Source: Oopsacas minuta
Lineage: Eukaryota > Animalia > Porifera
Assembly (NCBI GenBank): GCA_024704765.1
Contig: JAKMXF010000307.1
Span: 310,001 to 374,000 of the forward strand
Reading direction: 5' to 3'
DNA: 64,000 nucleotides
The position numbers and the translations under genes were made by a program. Of the stretch, positions 50,736 to 62,476 are shown in pieces. The stretch's first letter is position 1. Every line of letters starts with the position of its first letter. The notes beneath the pieces were generated by a model. The model was not told where the DNA came from, ran no database searches, and saw nothing but the letters and a program-made list of their open reading frames with translations.

Positions 50736-51050
50736 TATAGAAAATTATTTATCGCCATGCAATCAGGGTAACTTGCATACGATTTCAAGAAAATCCCACA
50801 ATTCGATGATATTCTACAAATTTCGCTTAGATTAAAGGGAGCAAAAAAGATTAATAAATAATCAAAATTTTAGAGTTCAACAATACAAAGCAATGGCTCA
50901 GGGTTCCACAAACTTAGATTCGGATAATGGAAATATTCATAATTATATTTTCATCAGGCCACACTCAATATTAATAGCTTTATGTCAGTGCAGATCATAT
51001 TAATCAGTATTAGAATAAAAAAAATTGAATTTTTCTAAATTACTTTTATC

Positions 51051-51252
51051 CAGTAGAAACTCGGTAAGATATACTCGGATAAGACGTGCTCTGTTAAGAA
51101 GTACACTTGGTGAAGACATACCATTTCTTATATCCCCAAAATATTAGTTATGATATATTATAATGCGATACATACTAGCATACGGCGTACACTCGGTGAA
51201 AAGACGTAAATTTTGTCTCCCAAGAGGGGTATGTTATATCCTAGTTCTACAG
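51051..51252. repeat. pogo/Tigger-like MITE (~200 bp)
   Basis: Left end CAGTAGAAACTCGG with repeated ACTCGGATAAGACG motifs. Right end GTTATATCCTAGTTCTACAG|TA. Confidence 0.5.
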
Positions 51253-51479
51253 TACCTAGTATATATATATGTGTATATATATACCTATCTGTGTAATAAT
51301 AAATGCATAGGTCTGGACTCTTGAGTGTGGAGTAAAAGAAAATATTGATTATATTCGTTTTATAATATATTTAGTACACCTTCCGCTTTAGAATTATTTG
51401 GATTTTAGGTGAGTTTATTACCACATATATGAAGTGATACTCGAAGCAGATGTGATACAATTTTCATTGAGCTATTAGG

Positions 51480-52850
51480 CAAGGTGGATGGCCTGTTCAC
51501 ACCGCATGCGGTCAGGAAAACCCAGTATGCGGAAACCTGCAATAGCCACTTTTCCAAAATATGGAGGAGTACTATTGTTATGCCATTTTTGAACTGTGTT
51601 AGCTCACATTAAAATCAAATTTTTAGAGAGCCACCTAAGCTATTTACAGATACTTTTTCGGTTTGATACTTTGGAAAATGGATACACGCTCTGCACAACG
51701 AGTATATTGAAAACCTAAAAAACATATTCATTACTAAACAATTTCGTACTGAAGATGTGAAAACTGAAATAGTTATGCCGCAACCTAATGGTTCATCAAA
51801 AATTTCCTCGGTAACCAATTCTATGTGAAAACGCCATACCTTGTATTCTTCCCAGTTTTCCTAAGTATCTCAGGACACCAGTCACTAAGCATGAACATTC
51901 AGATCGTGGGAAGATGTAGGGTAAATAGCTCTTTCAAACTTTAGAACGGAGCCTTGATCCTCATAAAGCTGAAGATAGCAAATTTAGTGTCAAATCATTA
52001 GAAGAGCTAAAAATTGAACTTGAAGATTCAGCACTACCTTTTTCTTGGGTTATTGATTCAGTGATTCGTCTGTTAACTTAAGCAAGCTTTCAAAGGACAA
52101 CGTATTGTATAGTAGCATGTGTTTCAATTAATGACTCCTTAACACTTAACAGGCCCTAATTAAAACTATAAAATCCTTTCCCAACATACAATCTCAGTGA
52201 AACTAGAGAAATCGATGCGATCATTAGCCAGGTTTTTCCCTACATAAAGGACACTGTTGAAAACAGTACTCGCCAAGCTACTTCAAACATCGAAAGAACG
52301 ATTTCAAAAATAGAAGCTACGAAAGATATACTAGAAATATATTCAGAATTGTTACCACAGTTGAAATTTCTGTTGTGGCAGCTTGAGAATACACTTATTC
52401 CTAAAAATCAAAAACTTTAATATGTTGTTACAATGGTGATAGTTCTGAAATCTCATTTGATATCTTCTAAATGCTACAGCTACTTACAGTCTTTGAATTA
52501 TAAAACATTTCACAACCAACCACTCTACGTAGGCCTTATGGAACTATAGGCTTAGGTATGAGTTGCAAACTAATTTGAAGGCCCTCTACTGCTCATTTCA
52601 ACAATCAAGAAAGGAACTCAAAATTACTTATGGATGAAATACATGTCAAATCAGAGTTTTTCTTGCACAGGTGTGAGAACACTCGGCTCTTCGACGACAC
52701 ATATTGAAGCAGCTAATGCAGTTCTAGCATTCATGATATCAAGTTTATGAGAAAGATCAACAGTTGTATGACTCCTACCTTTCGGAAAATCCTCAGCTGC
52801 ACCAATACTACCAATTTTACATGGAATAATCAAAGATGTAGAATGTTTGA
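51480..52850 (+). pseudogene. P-element/THAP9-like transposase relic
   Basis: THAP-like W...FITKQFRTED (~51700-51760), LLMDEIHVKSE (~52623) and EAANAVLAFMISSL (~52707). Many stops. Termini not defined. Confidence 0.6.
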
Positions 52851-52930
52851 ATCTTCAAATTCAAGTTGTTTGAACAGATAACTACTCACTCAATGTGAAT
52901 CTATTCAAGCGCAATCCCGTTGTTTTGAAG

Positions 52931-53158
52931 AAAATGATCCTCCTAGTGCTTTAAACTATGTATTGTGGAATAGTTTATGTTATATCATTGTGGTATGAAA
53001 TCATATAATGCTATTCATTATAACCGTGATACGACACATTTTGGTGCTATCTTATCAGATCCGTAATAGAATACAAATGGTGATATTGTATCAGATCCGT
53101 ATTACGACACTATGGTGAAATCTTATCAGATTCGTATTATGACACAACTGGTGATGTT
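52931..53158 (+). repeat. Dispersed repeat with ~35-bp internal tandem units (copy 1)
   Basis: Units of the type TATCTTATCAGATCCGTATTACGACACTATGGTGA (about 3-4). Homologous in inverted orientation to 58078-58262. Confidence 0.7.
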
Positions 53159-53279
53159 TCATTTTACTGAAGAATAAGGAGTCTGCAATACTATATTTTG
53201 TGAGAATACTGTAGTAGTTTACAGAAGCATAAAAGCATTGTCAGTACTAAAAAATAGAATTCATTTACACAGTAGTATG

Positions 53280-54500
53280 GACCCTATCTAGTAGGAAACA
53301 ATTTCAAATGACCTAGATTCAAAATAATACCCTGTACATTCTACTAAAGAACAGAAGAGAATCATTCGCAAGAAAAGCTGAGAGGTACAAATTAGTGGAG
53401 GGAAAACTTTTCAGATCCTTAGCAGGATGTCAGTTATTGGATATCAGACTCAATAAGTTGGAGGAAAATCTCGAAGAGATTCATGATAATTCTGGGCGCC
53501 AATGGGCTAGATACGCATGTAATATAGCAAAAGACTGATATCGTTGTACAAAGATATTGAAATTTATGTCACTATATGTGCTGCTGTCAAAAGAATCAAA
53601 CACAAACAAATTCCTACTATTATTCTGAAAACTTTACGAATCATTACAAAGGCATGGTATTGTGTAGGAATGGACCTAACAGTCCGATTATCGAATCAAA
53701 TGGCTACAAACATATTGGGAGCATGTTGATGATTTCACCAAGTGGATTGAAACCCGTCCACTCAATTCTAAAGAAGCCACGGAGTTGCAAGGGGAAACTA
53801 TTCGATATATTGTAGAAAGGGAGCACCTATCGTTCGAACAATTACAGATAATGGAAATGAATTGCAGAATAATACTAGTCGCGCATTGCATGAAACTTAT
53901 AATTTAAAGCCAATCTTTTCTACTCCTTACCATCCTCAGATAAATGGGTTAGTTGAGTCGTCTGATAAAGCCATCAAACAGGCTCTAGTTAAGTCATTAT
54001 AAGTTAAGAATGAACACTGGGCACTGTTCCTAGAAGAGATAACATCCTCTATCAATATTAGGCCAAGAGCAACAAAAGATTTCTCGGCATTTGAGTTTAT
54101 GCATGGATCTCGAAAACTCCCAACCGAAGCACAAAACCAGGACTATCAGCATCCAGAAGACAGTATTCTCGATCAGTTGGGCGGAGAGCACCAGAATGAA
54201 ATTTAATAGATATCATGACTGAAGACCAAGAGTCGAATAGTCAGAAATCTGGAGAAGAGCTATTACATTCATAAAACCTGATAAAGCAACAGTTTGACGA
54301 GGACCTGAAGCCAGTCTCATCTAGGGAGCTTGAGATCTGGGATAATGTATTGATTAAGGATGCTTATCGGGAAAAAGGGGGAAAGTTACAGGACAACATG
54401 GATTGGTCCATACCCTGTGACTAAAGTGAATCGTAATAATGTTCAGATCCTCCGAAATAAAGATATCAGATGTGTGAAGAGATCATAAGTGAAACTTTAT
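53280..54500 (+). pseudogene. Gypsy-type integrase relic without RT, Ginger1/GIN-like
   Basis: YPVHSTKEQKRIIRKKAERYKLVEGKLF (YPYY-like), H..C..C finger remnants, AWYCVGMDL, VDDFTKWIETRPL, ITDNG, TPYHPQINGLVE and WIGPYPV (GPY/F). Confidence 0.7.
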
Positions 54501-54899
54501 AAAATACCCGAAATTACACACATCCCAAACAAATATCATCATTTAGATAGCTAAAGTGATGGAAAAAAAAATCCAATGAGAAATATCAGATGAAGATACC
54601 ATCATTCCATCTTCCCCTATTACTGGACCGAAGTGTGAATGTTTGAAACCAATTACACACGAAAATTACGAGAAGAAGTGCACGAACTTCTCAATTCAAT
54701 GAAAGATCGCATAATTGAATACATTAAAACGAATAGCCCACTCAATATCAAGTTCTCGAATTCCATCGAGAACATGATAAAAGACAGGACTTTTCCTTAA
54801 GAATCTACTCGAATGGAGACAAGAACATTTTTCGTCTATTAAGAATCTGGAAACGAGATTGATGACTCATGACACAAGCCAAGAGGTAGTGAAATACTA

Positions 54900-56242
54900 C
54901 AGTATGTCGAATAATTATTGGGACACATCATTATTTCTATTTCAGCCACTGCTATAGTTCTATTTGATAAGTAGCAGTAACAGTACTAATATAGAAAGTT
55001 AATTGGTATCTATCTGAAGATAAATTTGAGTAAACATAATGAGATTATATTTTTTGCTACTGAGGATGACGTCATCATTAAGCACCTTTCATCATAAATT
55101 AGAAAATTCTCTTACCTTTTACTGAATAATTTAGCATTTAGCATTGATACGGCTCAGGAGGTGATGAGAGAAAAGATCTAAACTCTATTGATTGGCGATA
55201 AACATACACCTACTGAAATCTCACGTATTTTAGATGTTGATCGAGGGACAGTTTACAGGGTAAAAAAAGGCTCCAAACAAATATGACCCTTAAACACAAA
55301 AGAGGCGGTGGTAGACCAAATTTATTCGGCAATTCAATAAAATATACAGCTATTCAGTTCATTATATCGGATCCAGAGACTAGTGTACGCAAACTTCCAA
55401 CCAGGAAAGTTAAAACAAAGAAACTGACTGTCAGTAAAAGTACAGTCCATCTTACTATTCAGAAACTGAAATACTATAAGCCATTTCCTGTCCAGATTTA
55501 ATTGCTATCTGAAAAAAATCGTCTCTTCAGAATTGAATGGGCACAGAAAAACAAAATAAAACTGTGGTGTAGGGCTGTGTTTGCAGATGAAGCCTCTTTC
55601 TGGCTTAATCGTGGGAAGGTTCGAATGTGGACAAATCGGGAAGAGAATGATCACAAAAAACTACCAAGCACTCACCGAAATTACACATATGGGTGCATTT
55701 CGTCTTTCGGTACCTTCCCATTGTGCATATTTCGTCAGAATTTGGATATACATTCTTTGTTAAGATCCTTGAATGGCATCTTCTTTCACAGGCTGGGGCT
55801 TTCCACGGAATAGATGGTTTCTCATCCAGGATAATGATCCAAAGCACCGTTCAAAATTAGACCAACAATGGGTCTCAGAAAAAATGCCAAATAATGTCTT
55901 TCAATGGCCCAGTCGATCACCAGACCATAATCCGATAGAAAATCTATTCGGCTGGTTGAGAAATCAAGTTGCAAAACAACATCTCAAATCACTAGCTGAG
56001 CTTGAAAAGTATATCCAAGCAATTTTGGATTCTCTCACACCCGAATTTTTGGAACCCTATTGGAAGTCTATGACACGTAGATGTCAGATGGTCGTCGAAA
56101 ACGATGGGAATAAGATCAAATAATAATCTTTAGTGGATTCTCAACAAGTAGACAAAAAATTAGATCACATACTTTCATATTTATTGTTTCTGGGTTACAC
56201 TAAGAAATTTCCCTAGTGATACAATAATTATTGGACATACTG
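54900..56242 (+). mobile_element. Tc1-like (DD35E spacing) element, copy 2 (1343 bp, dead)
   Basis: Direct repeat of 23345-24687 with only a few substitutions near the 3' end. TA TSD. Identical stops and frameshifts. Confidence 0.9.
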
Positions 56243-57074
56243 TAGGTTAATGGTACTTAGGAAGTTTGAAATCAAATACCTATGCTCCAAAATACAAAAG
56301 AAGACTTTTGGTTTTCTACAAAAGTCGCGACAAAAAGCATGGAGTATACTCCAATGGTAGCATATCCGGTTTTATCTGAGATAATGATAAGCAGTCTCAC
56401 ATCTCAAAAGCGTCCTCCATGCCTCAACTCTCGTTACAAGTACATTTTCCATTGGACAACTCCCTAAAAGATTTGTGTGGTACTTGGGGTGGCTATGTTC
56501 ATGGAAATGAATTAGTTAATACAAGCTCTATGGATATCTTAGTTACATTAATTAGCTTATATAGAGATGCGGTATCCACACTTTAAACCTCATGCAATCC
56601 TCTCACAATTCGAATCTCGAAAATTTCTGTCAATAATACACACCCCACAATTTGATCAGGTCAGATTCGAGGTTTCTCAAATGCTAGGAATACCACCAGT
56701 GAACTCGCAGTTTAACCTGTTGGGCTACGAGGGATGTTGGATTAGCTGCTTTCAGTCCGAAATAAACTTAATCTCACTTGTCGGACAAAGTTTGACTCTG
56801 ATTGTCAAAGTTCCATTTACAATCAAACTACTTCTCATCATTCTTGCTTAAAATTTCGAGATTCAGATGCCATCATTGAACTGCTGTCAAATTAAATAAC
56901 AGAAAATTACCTATGTTCATTCTAGAGGTTGGACATCTTATTCAATATATACTTGCGTATGCGATATCAACGAACCCATTTCGGTACGAGACAGAGATGA
57001 TTTGTTGCACTACTCACTGATTGGCTTTACTATCTCTACTGGGATACATTTTTATATGGAAGTTAAATATAATT

Positions 57075-58075
57075 GTATTTGGTACTCTTATGATGGGATG
57101 AGAGAAGACCGAAATTAAACAAACTTGAAGATAAAGAAATTATCTTTATAGCCCGCGTAAATAACATTACTTACTATCTTACAAAAATTAGAAAGAAAAC
57201 TCCTAACATTAAATATTTGTATATTACCCATTGAAATGAAACATCACTGTTAGTAACAGTCTTTCTATCCTCGAGAGCAACAGCTTCGACAAACCCACTA
57301 GATCTGAAAAAATCGCCCACATTTGTTTTCCAACAGATCTAGCTTCCGCACTTTGGTTGGAGGTTGGGCATCTTCTTCAACCCACTCCTTCAACATTTGC
57401 TTCGTTTCTGGATCATAATGGTATATCCATGTGTCATCACCTGTAAGGATCTCAGAACAGCTCTTGAACATGCATCAGCAAACTTTTAGAGCATAATTTT
57501 GTAAAAGTCTATGCACGATATTTTTGCTGTAAGTACAAAGAATGGGGATCCATCGGGCACACAACTTCCTGATACAAGACTCTTTGTGCAAAAATGATAA
57601 TAAATCTCCCCCGATGATAACTCAATTTCATACTCTAACTGAACATACGTAATATGAGGATCTTTAGTAATCAGATCTAGCATTTCGTTAACATTTTCTT
57701 CATTAAGTGAAATATTTGGTCTTCCTGAACGAGGAGCATCTTCAAAAACACAGTTTCCGTGAATAAATTCCCCCAAAACATTACCTCACCCACCCTACAG
57801 TCCTGATTTAGCACCTTGCGACATCTGGTTGTTCCCTAGACTCAAAGATCAATTAGGTGGGAGGAGATTTTCGACTAATGAGGAGTTGAGACGGGCACTT
57901 TTCCAAGCGATCGGAGACATACCCAAAGAAGAGTGGAAAAATGTTTGATAATTGGTATACCAGAATGAAAAAATGTATAGATTATCAGGGAGAGTATTTC
58001 GAAAAATGTACTAGTCAAATTTATGATTACTATCTGATATGTCGGTCAACGTCAAAAATTTTCGAGTGCACCTCG
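57075..58075. mobile_element. Rearranged mariner: middle segment on minus strand, C-terminus and TIR on plus strand
   Basis: Minus strand ~57775 to 57075: FEDAPRSGRP, WIPI, ILTGDDTWIYHYDPETK. Plus strand from ~57776: LPHPPYSPDLAPCDIWLF...GEYFEK. Right TIR TTTTCGAGTGCACCTCG|TA. Confidence 0.8.
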
Positions 58076-58077
58076 TA

Positions 58078-58262
58078 TCACCGATTGTGTCGTAATAAAT
58101 ATCTGATACAATACAACCGATTGTGCAATATTACAAATCTGATAAGATATCACTAATTGTGTCGTACGATTATAATGATTAGCGTTATGAGATTTCCTAC
58201 CACAATGATTTAACCTAAATTCAAAGCACAATGCATAGTTAAAGCAATAGGAGAACGATTTT
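58078..58262 (-). repeat. Dispersed repeat with ~35-bp internal tandem units (copy 2, inverted)
   Basis: Reverse complement aligns with 52931-53158 (TCCTATTGCTTTAACTATGCATTGTG...ATCATTGTGGTA...TACGACACA...TATCTTATCAGAT). Clearly diverged. Confidence 0.7.
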
Positions 58263-59912
58263 CGTTAAATTAGACGAAAATCGTCCCCCCCCCGCATCAA
58301 TTCTGTATGGGGATCATTTTCCTCAAAACACAGTACTTCCAATCTGTATAACTGTGTTCCTCATCCATCGACTGTTTTAAACCTCTAAATCTAATCATCG
58401 ACTTTATTTACATAGTCAAAACAGTAAGAAATGATTGGATAATCGAATCATTTCTATCGCAAGTTTAGCTGTCCCTCATTCGTATCTTGCGAACATACTT
58501 TGAATGTATCATTTTAAGACCTTCGGATTTCATTTAAGCTTGAGCAAATTATGTCGCTAAAACAGCCCACAGAATAACAGCTACATCTTACTTGCCATCT
58601 AGCCTTGGAAGACAGAACGTCAATTAAGCGCTCCGAATATTAGACGACTCTATCGCTGCAGCTTTTCACGCTTCTAAATATGGTCAAGTTTCAGGAACAG
58701 TTCAGTTCATTAGCCATATATGTAGGGTACGAAAGATCTCAACATCAACAGAGCTAATAAAGACATCGGTCTGAACGACGAGCTTTCTAACCCCTACAGA
58801 ATAATGACTTCGATTTGTATTACTTTCAGATGTTGTGAAATGGATTAAAAAATGGGGAACTACACCCCAAAAGCAGGGTAAACAAACTTCAGAAAATTTA
58901 CCAGTTTTCCTATTCGTGTATTTTTCTAGAAAAGATAATCAACCATCTAACCCAAAATTCTTGTTCTACCCTATGTTCTTAGTTCATTCCTTTAAAACGA
59001 TCCAATCGAACACTACTTTGGGATCTACCGAATGATGAGCTGTGCCCTCAACTATGTTACATTTGGCCAGGTCTTACATAGTGAGAGGCAAATTAAAATT
59101 TCTGCAATTCTGAAATTGTCCTCCTTGAAATTGAGCTCAATCCCATAAAAAGGGTTTCAAAGTCATTTTCAATCTCTCCAGAATTTAGCGATGACAATAT
59201 AGCCGAATAAGATTTCAACGAGAGAGTGTTACATAGAGAGGAGACAACATTCGTGCTCGATACCTCAATTATTCACCTTAGCAGTATTGCCAGATAGACA
59301 CAATCTATATCTATGCGAATTAACTCACAAGATTGCCTTTAGACAATCTAATTACCAAAAATGACCCATTTCGAAGCTCAGTAAAGAGTAGATCACTGCA
59401 CATAAGTTTGCAAAACTTTGACGATGTGATATCAGGATGTTTTCCTACAAAATATCAAAATTATATTATTATACAGTTGCCGTTCAAGAGCAATAGTTGT
59501 AAATATGTAGTTTGATTTGTCAATATTCACCGTCAACTCGAATTTCAATGTTATGGCCACATCATAATACACAAATACACTCTATATCAACTTCCCATAT
59601 ATTGATAATACAATTTGATGTTATGTCAGAAGATTACGACAAATTTGAAATTGACCAAGTATTCATGAAGATATCATGACAAAATGTATTATCAGGGCAT
59701 GGCTAGTATGGTGGATACTATATGTTTCCATGGGATTGTTACGCCATCCTGACCCTATAAAAATTTTTGAATTTTAAACTGCTGAGGTATAAAGGTCCAG
59801 ATTGGTAGCGTAAAGCCAGGAACAAGCTCCAGTATCTGACAGAAGGCGATTAAATGGAATTTGGATAAACATTGGATAAGAAAAAAGAAAAAATTCTGTA
59901 CAAAGTATGCTC

Positions 59913-60042
59913 GAGGCACATAGTGCCAAGTGTATCCTGTCACGTAGCGACGCAAACAATCAACAAATTTAGCTATTTAATACTCAAGCTAAATTGAGGC
60001 ACTAAGCAGTCGCGTAGCTACCTAGCGAGCGAAGTCCGCTGG
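59913..60042 (+). repeat. Helitron-like 3' end (copy 2)
   Basis: GAGGCACATAGTGC...TGTCACGTAGCGAC...AATTTAGCT..TAATACTCAAGCTA...GTCGCGTAGC...GCGAGCGAAGTCCGCTGG|T, homologous to 38713-38839 and ending in CTRR followed by T. Confidence 0.5.
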
Positions 60043-60772
60043 TCCTGACATGCATTTATGTTTCAAATCATTATAAAACTATCATAGCTTGATAAGTCAT
60101 AGTTGACATATTATGACAAATTTCAAATAAATGCTAGGGAAATGCTTTCAACAATTACAGTGGGATAATCGGTGATGTTAAATTCGAATTTTTGCTCAAT
60201 TGGAGACAAGAAGTGCCGAGCATGAGCGAAAACGAAGTGTAGCTTAACCGCGCAACGACAGCAAGCGAATCGCGGAAGTAATGGTTGATAGTTTGTTGTT
60301 TTACAAATGCACAATAAATAGAATCGGGAAGAAAAGAAGCATTTCTGAAACACAGAGCCCCCATATAAATCCTTCTGCCGAAAACGGTATCCCTGCCGAA
60401 ATTCACAAGTTACTGTGACGTAGGCAATCAGGGTTCCTGGGATCCTGGCGTTTTTCACCCGGGATTGGGTTATTTTACCCCGGGCTCCCTTGTTAAGATA
60501 TTAATGTAATGAATCGAGCATGGACTATTATTTTCATCAGCTGCTTACCTCTGCAACAATTTCCGAACAAACTTAATGACAACCATCGATACTCTTTGAT
60601 TCATTCGAAACAATGAGAGAAATAGTCACGATTAGTATACTAATATCACTAAAACATTAAAAGGAGATAAATAATATTACTCTATCATACTCTTTCTTCA
60701 TTCTATATACATAATTAGTAATTACTTTCGTACAAATTAATTCCTAAATATGGTTTTAACCCGTGATACATA

Positions 60773-60955
60773 CAGTGAAACCTTGTTAACACGAACACGA
60801 TTAATCTGAATTTCCGGATAACATGAAGAAATATTTAACAAAATAACGTACCTACAATGGATATTCAATTGGAAGTATTCCGGTTAATACGAACTCAGGA
60901 TAGAGAGAATTCATTTTGACAGTCCGTTGGTATTAGTATTAACGAGGTTCCAATT
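60773..60955. repeat. pogo/Tigger-like MITE (~180 bp)
   Basis: TA|CAGTGAAACCTTGTTAACACGAAC and imperfect inverted end TTAGTATTAACGAGGTTCCAATT|TA. Confidence 0.6.
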
Positions 60956-61559
60956 TAATTATTCAATAAAAACATTTATAGGATAGAAATAGTTATATCA
61001 ATCCTGGGAGATTAGTTGTGGTTCTAAATTAAGGGATTGGAAAATGTCCCAAGATTGGGACCCTTTCATGAGGTCTTTTCTAAAGTCTTTTCATGAGGTA
61101 AGGTCATCTAACTGAGGAATCGTTACCTATGAATTCCCATTCCATAAAACAACATTTTTCACGTCTAGCTCAAATTAGAAGAGATATATTGAAAATATCA
61201 ACATAATGTGCTAGAATGTGAAGATACACAACTGACATTCCACAAGAATTATATGTAAGGTAATAATAATATGGCCAAACGAGTGAAAGCAGCTAGAATA
61301 TTCACATTTGGCAATGATCCAATATCTGATATCATCGGATAGTATGGTCTGTAAATTTATAAGAAGTGCATTGTAGTTAATCCGGATTCCAAGTTGATTA
61401 CTCGTATAATAGGAAATTCACAATTATGGAGTGAATCATGAGATGTATCATATTAAAAACTAGACAACTGTATCATGAAAATTGTAATATTTTTGTATTA
61501 AATTATAATTATATAAGTTCATATTTAAAATTTAATATAAAGCTCAATATTATGGATTA

Positions 61560-61822
61560 TACCGTCTTTGATTACGCGAATACTGAAGTCATTTCGACTT
61601 GATTATATTAATCAAGGATAATGCACTCATGTCTCATTATTTCGAAGCTCAAGGGATCACGATAAATAATTCGATATATTGAAGCGGAGTTCCATATAAC
61701 CGATGTTATTTTATGTTAATTTGATTATTTAGGATTCATAAGAGACTATAATTTTGCCATTTAATAGTTCGATATATGCAGGTATTTCGATATATCCTGT
61801 TCGATATAGCGGGAGTTGACTG
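61560..61822. repeat. pogo/Tigger-like MITE or fragment
   Basis: Right end TCGATATAGCGGGAGTTGACTG|TA with repeated TTCGATATA motifs. Left end degenerate. Confidence 0.45.
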
Positions 61823-62122
61823 TACTTAGATCTTAGAACTTGCATATCATATTCCACAAACATGACAAATTTCAAGTCCCAAGCTATTAGAATTTCCTCA
61901 AACTATTCTGAACATAAAAAACCATCGAAATGTAAAATGCACAACTGGCTCTATTTGGTGTGCCAACATTTCTGACGAATTAGCTTAATACGAAAAGAAG
62001 TGTAGAAAATATAGTAATATAAAAATAAAGATTAAGAAACTTGAAAGTAAATACTGTATAGAGGAAAATAAAAATATACAATATCTGAAATCAAAATGCA
62101 ATAGTCAATAGAATAAACTAAC

Positions 62123-62476
62123 CTGAAAAAATGAACCATGATACGAATGCAGAAAACGGGAACTCTCATATTTATTAGCACAATATAAAGCATACATATT
62201 GAAATTATGGAGATTGGAAATAAAGCAATGACATAGATCAGAGATTGTAGAGCACTGTTGTAATTCAGGGTAAAAAAAATCATGATGAAACATATATATA
62301 TCAAAAATATTTCCGAAAATGACAGAAATATGTTGCTTTAGTTCTGGAGGAGAGACACAACTTTTGATTGGCTTGAAGTAGCCATCAACAATCCTCCTCA
62401 ATGATTCCAAATAGTCAAATTCGGTAGAAACTAACTCAGTAAGTCCAAAAGTATCATGAAGAGACACAGCACACAT
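62123..62476 (-). CDS. RhoGEF (Dbl family) exon A: N-terminal part of the DH domain
   Basis: Translation (M)CAVSLHDTFGLTELVSTEFDYLESLRRIVDGY...IFGNIFDIYMFHHDFFYPEL...FNMYALYCANK...HGSFFQ matches DH conserved regions (ELxxTExxY; IFGNI; YxxYCxN), resembling Trio/Kalirin-type DH domains. Phase-0 donor CAG|GTTAGT at 62122. The 5' boundary is uncertain: ATG at 62476, or an internal AG acceptor near the ELV codons. Confidence 0.85.

Noticed and set aside
53030-53158. CRISPR-like ~35-bp repeats
   Set aside because: The units are directly tandem without unique spacers and belong to a dispersed repeat also present at 58078-58262.
53150-57250. 14-bp match GTGATGTTTCATTT in inverted orientation (~53152 and ~57240)
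   Set aside because: Matches of this length are expected by chance in 64 kb of AT-rich DNA, and there is no extension.
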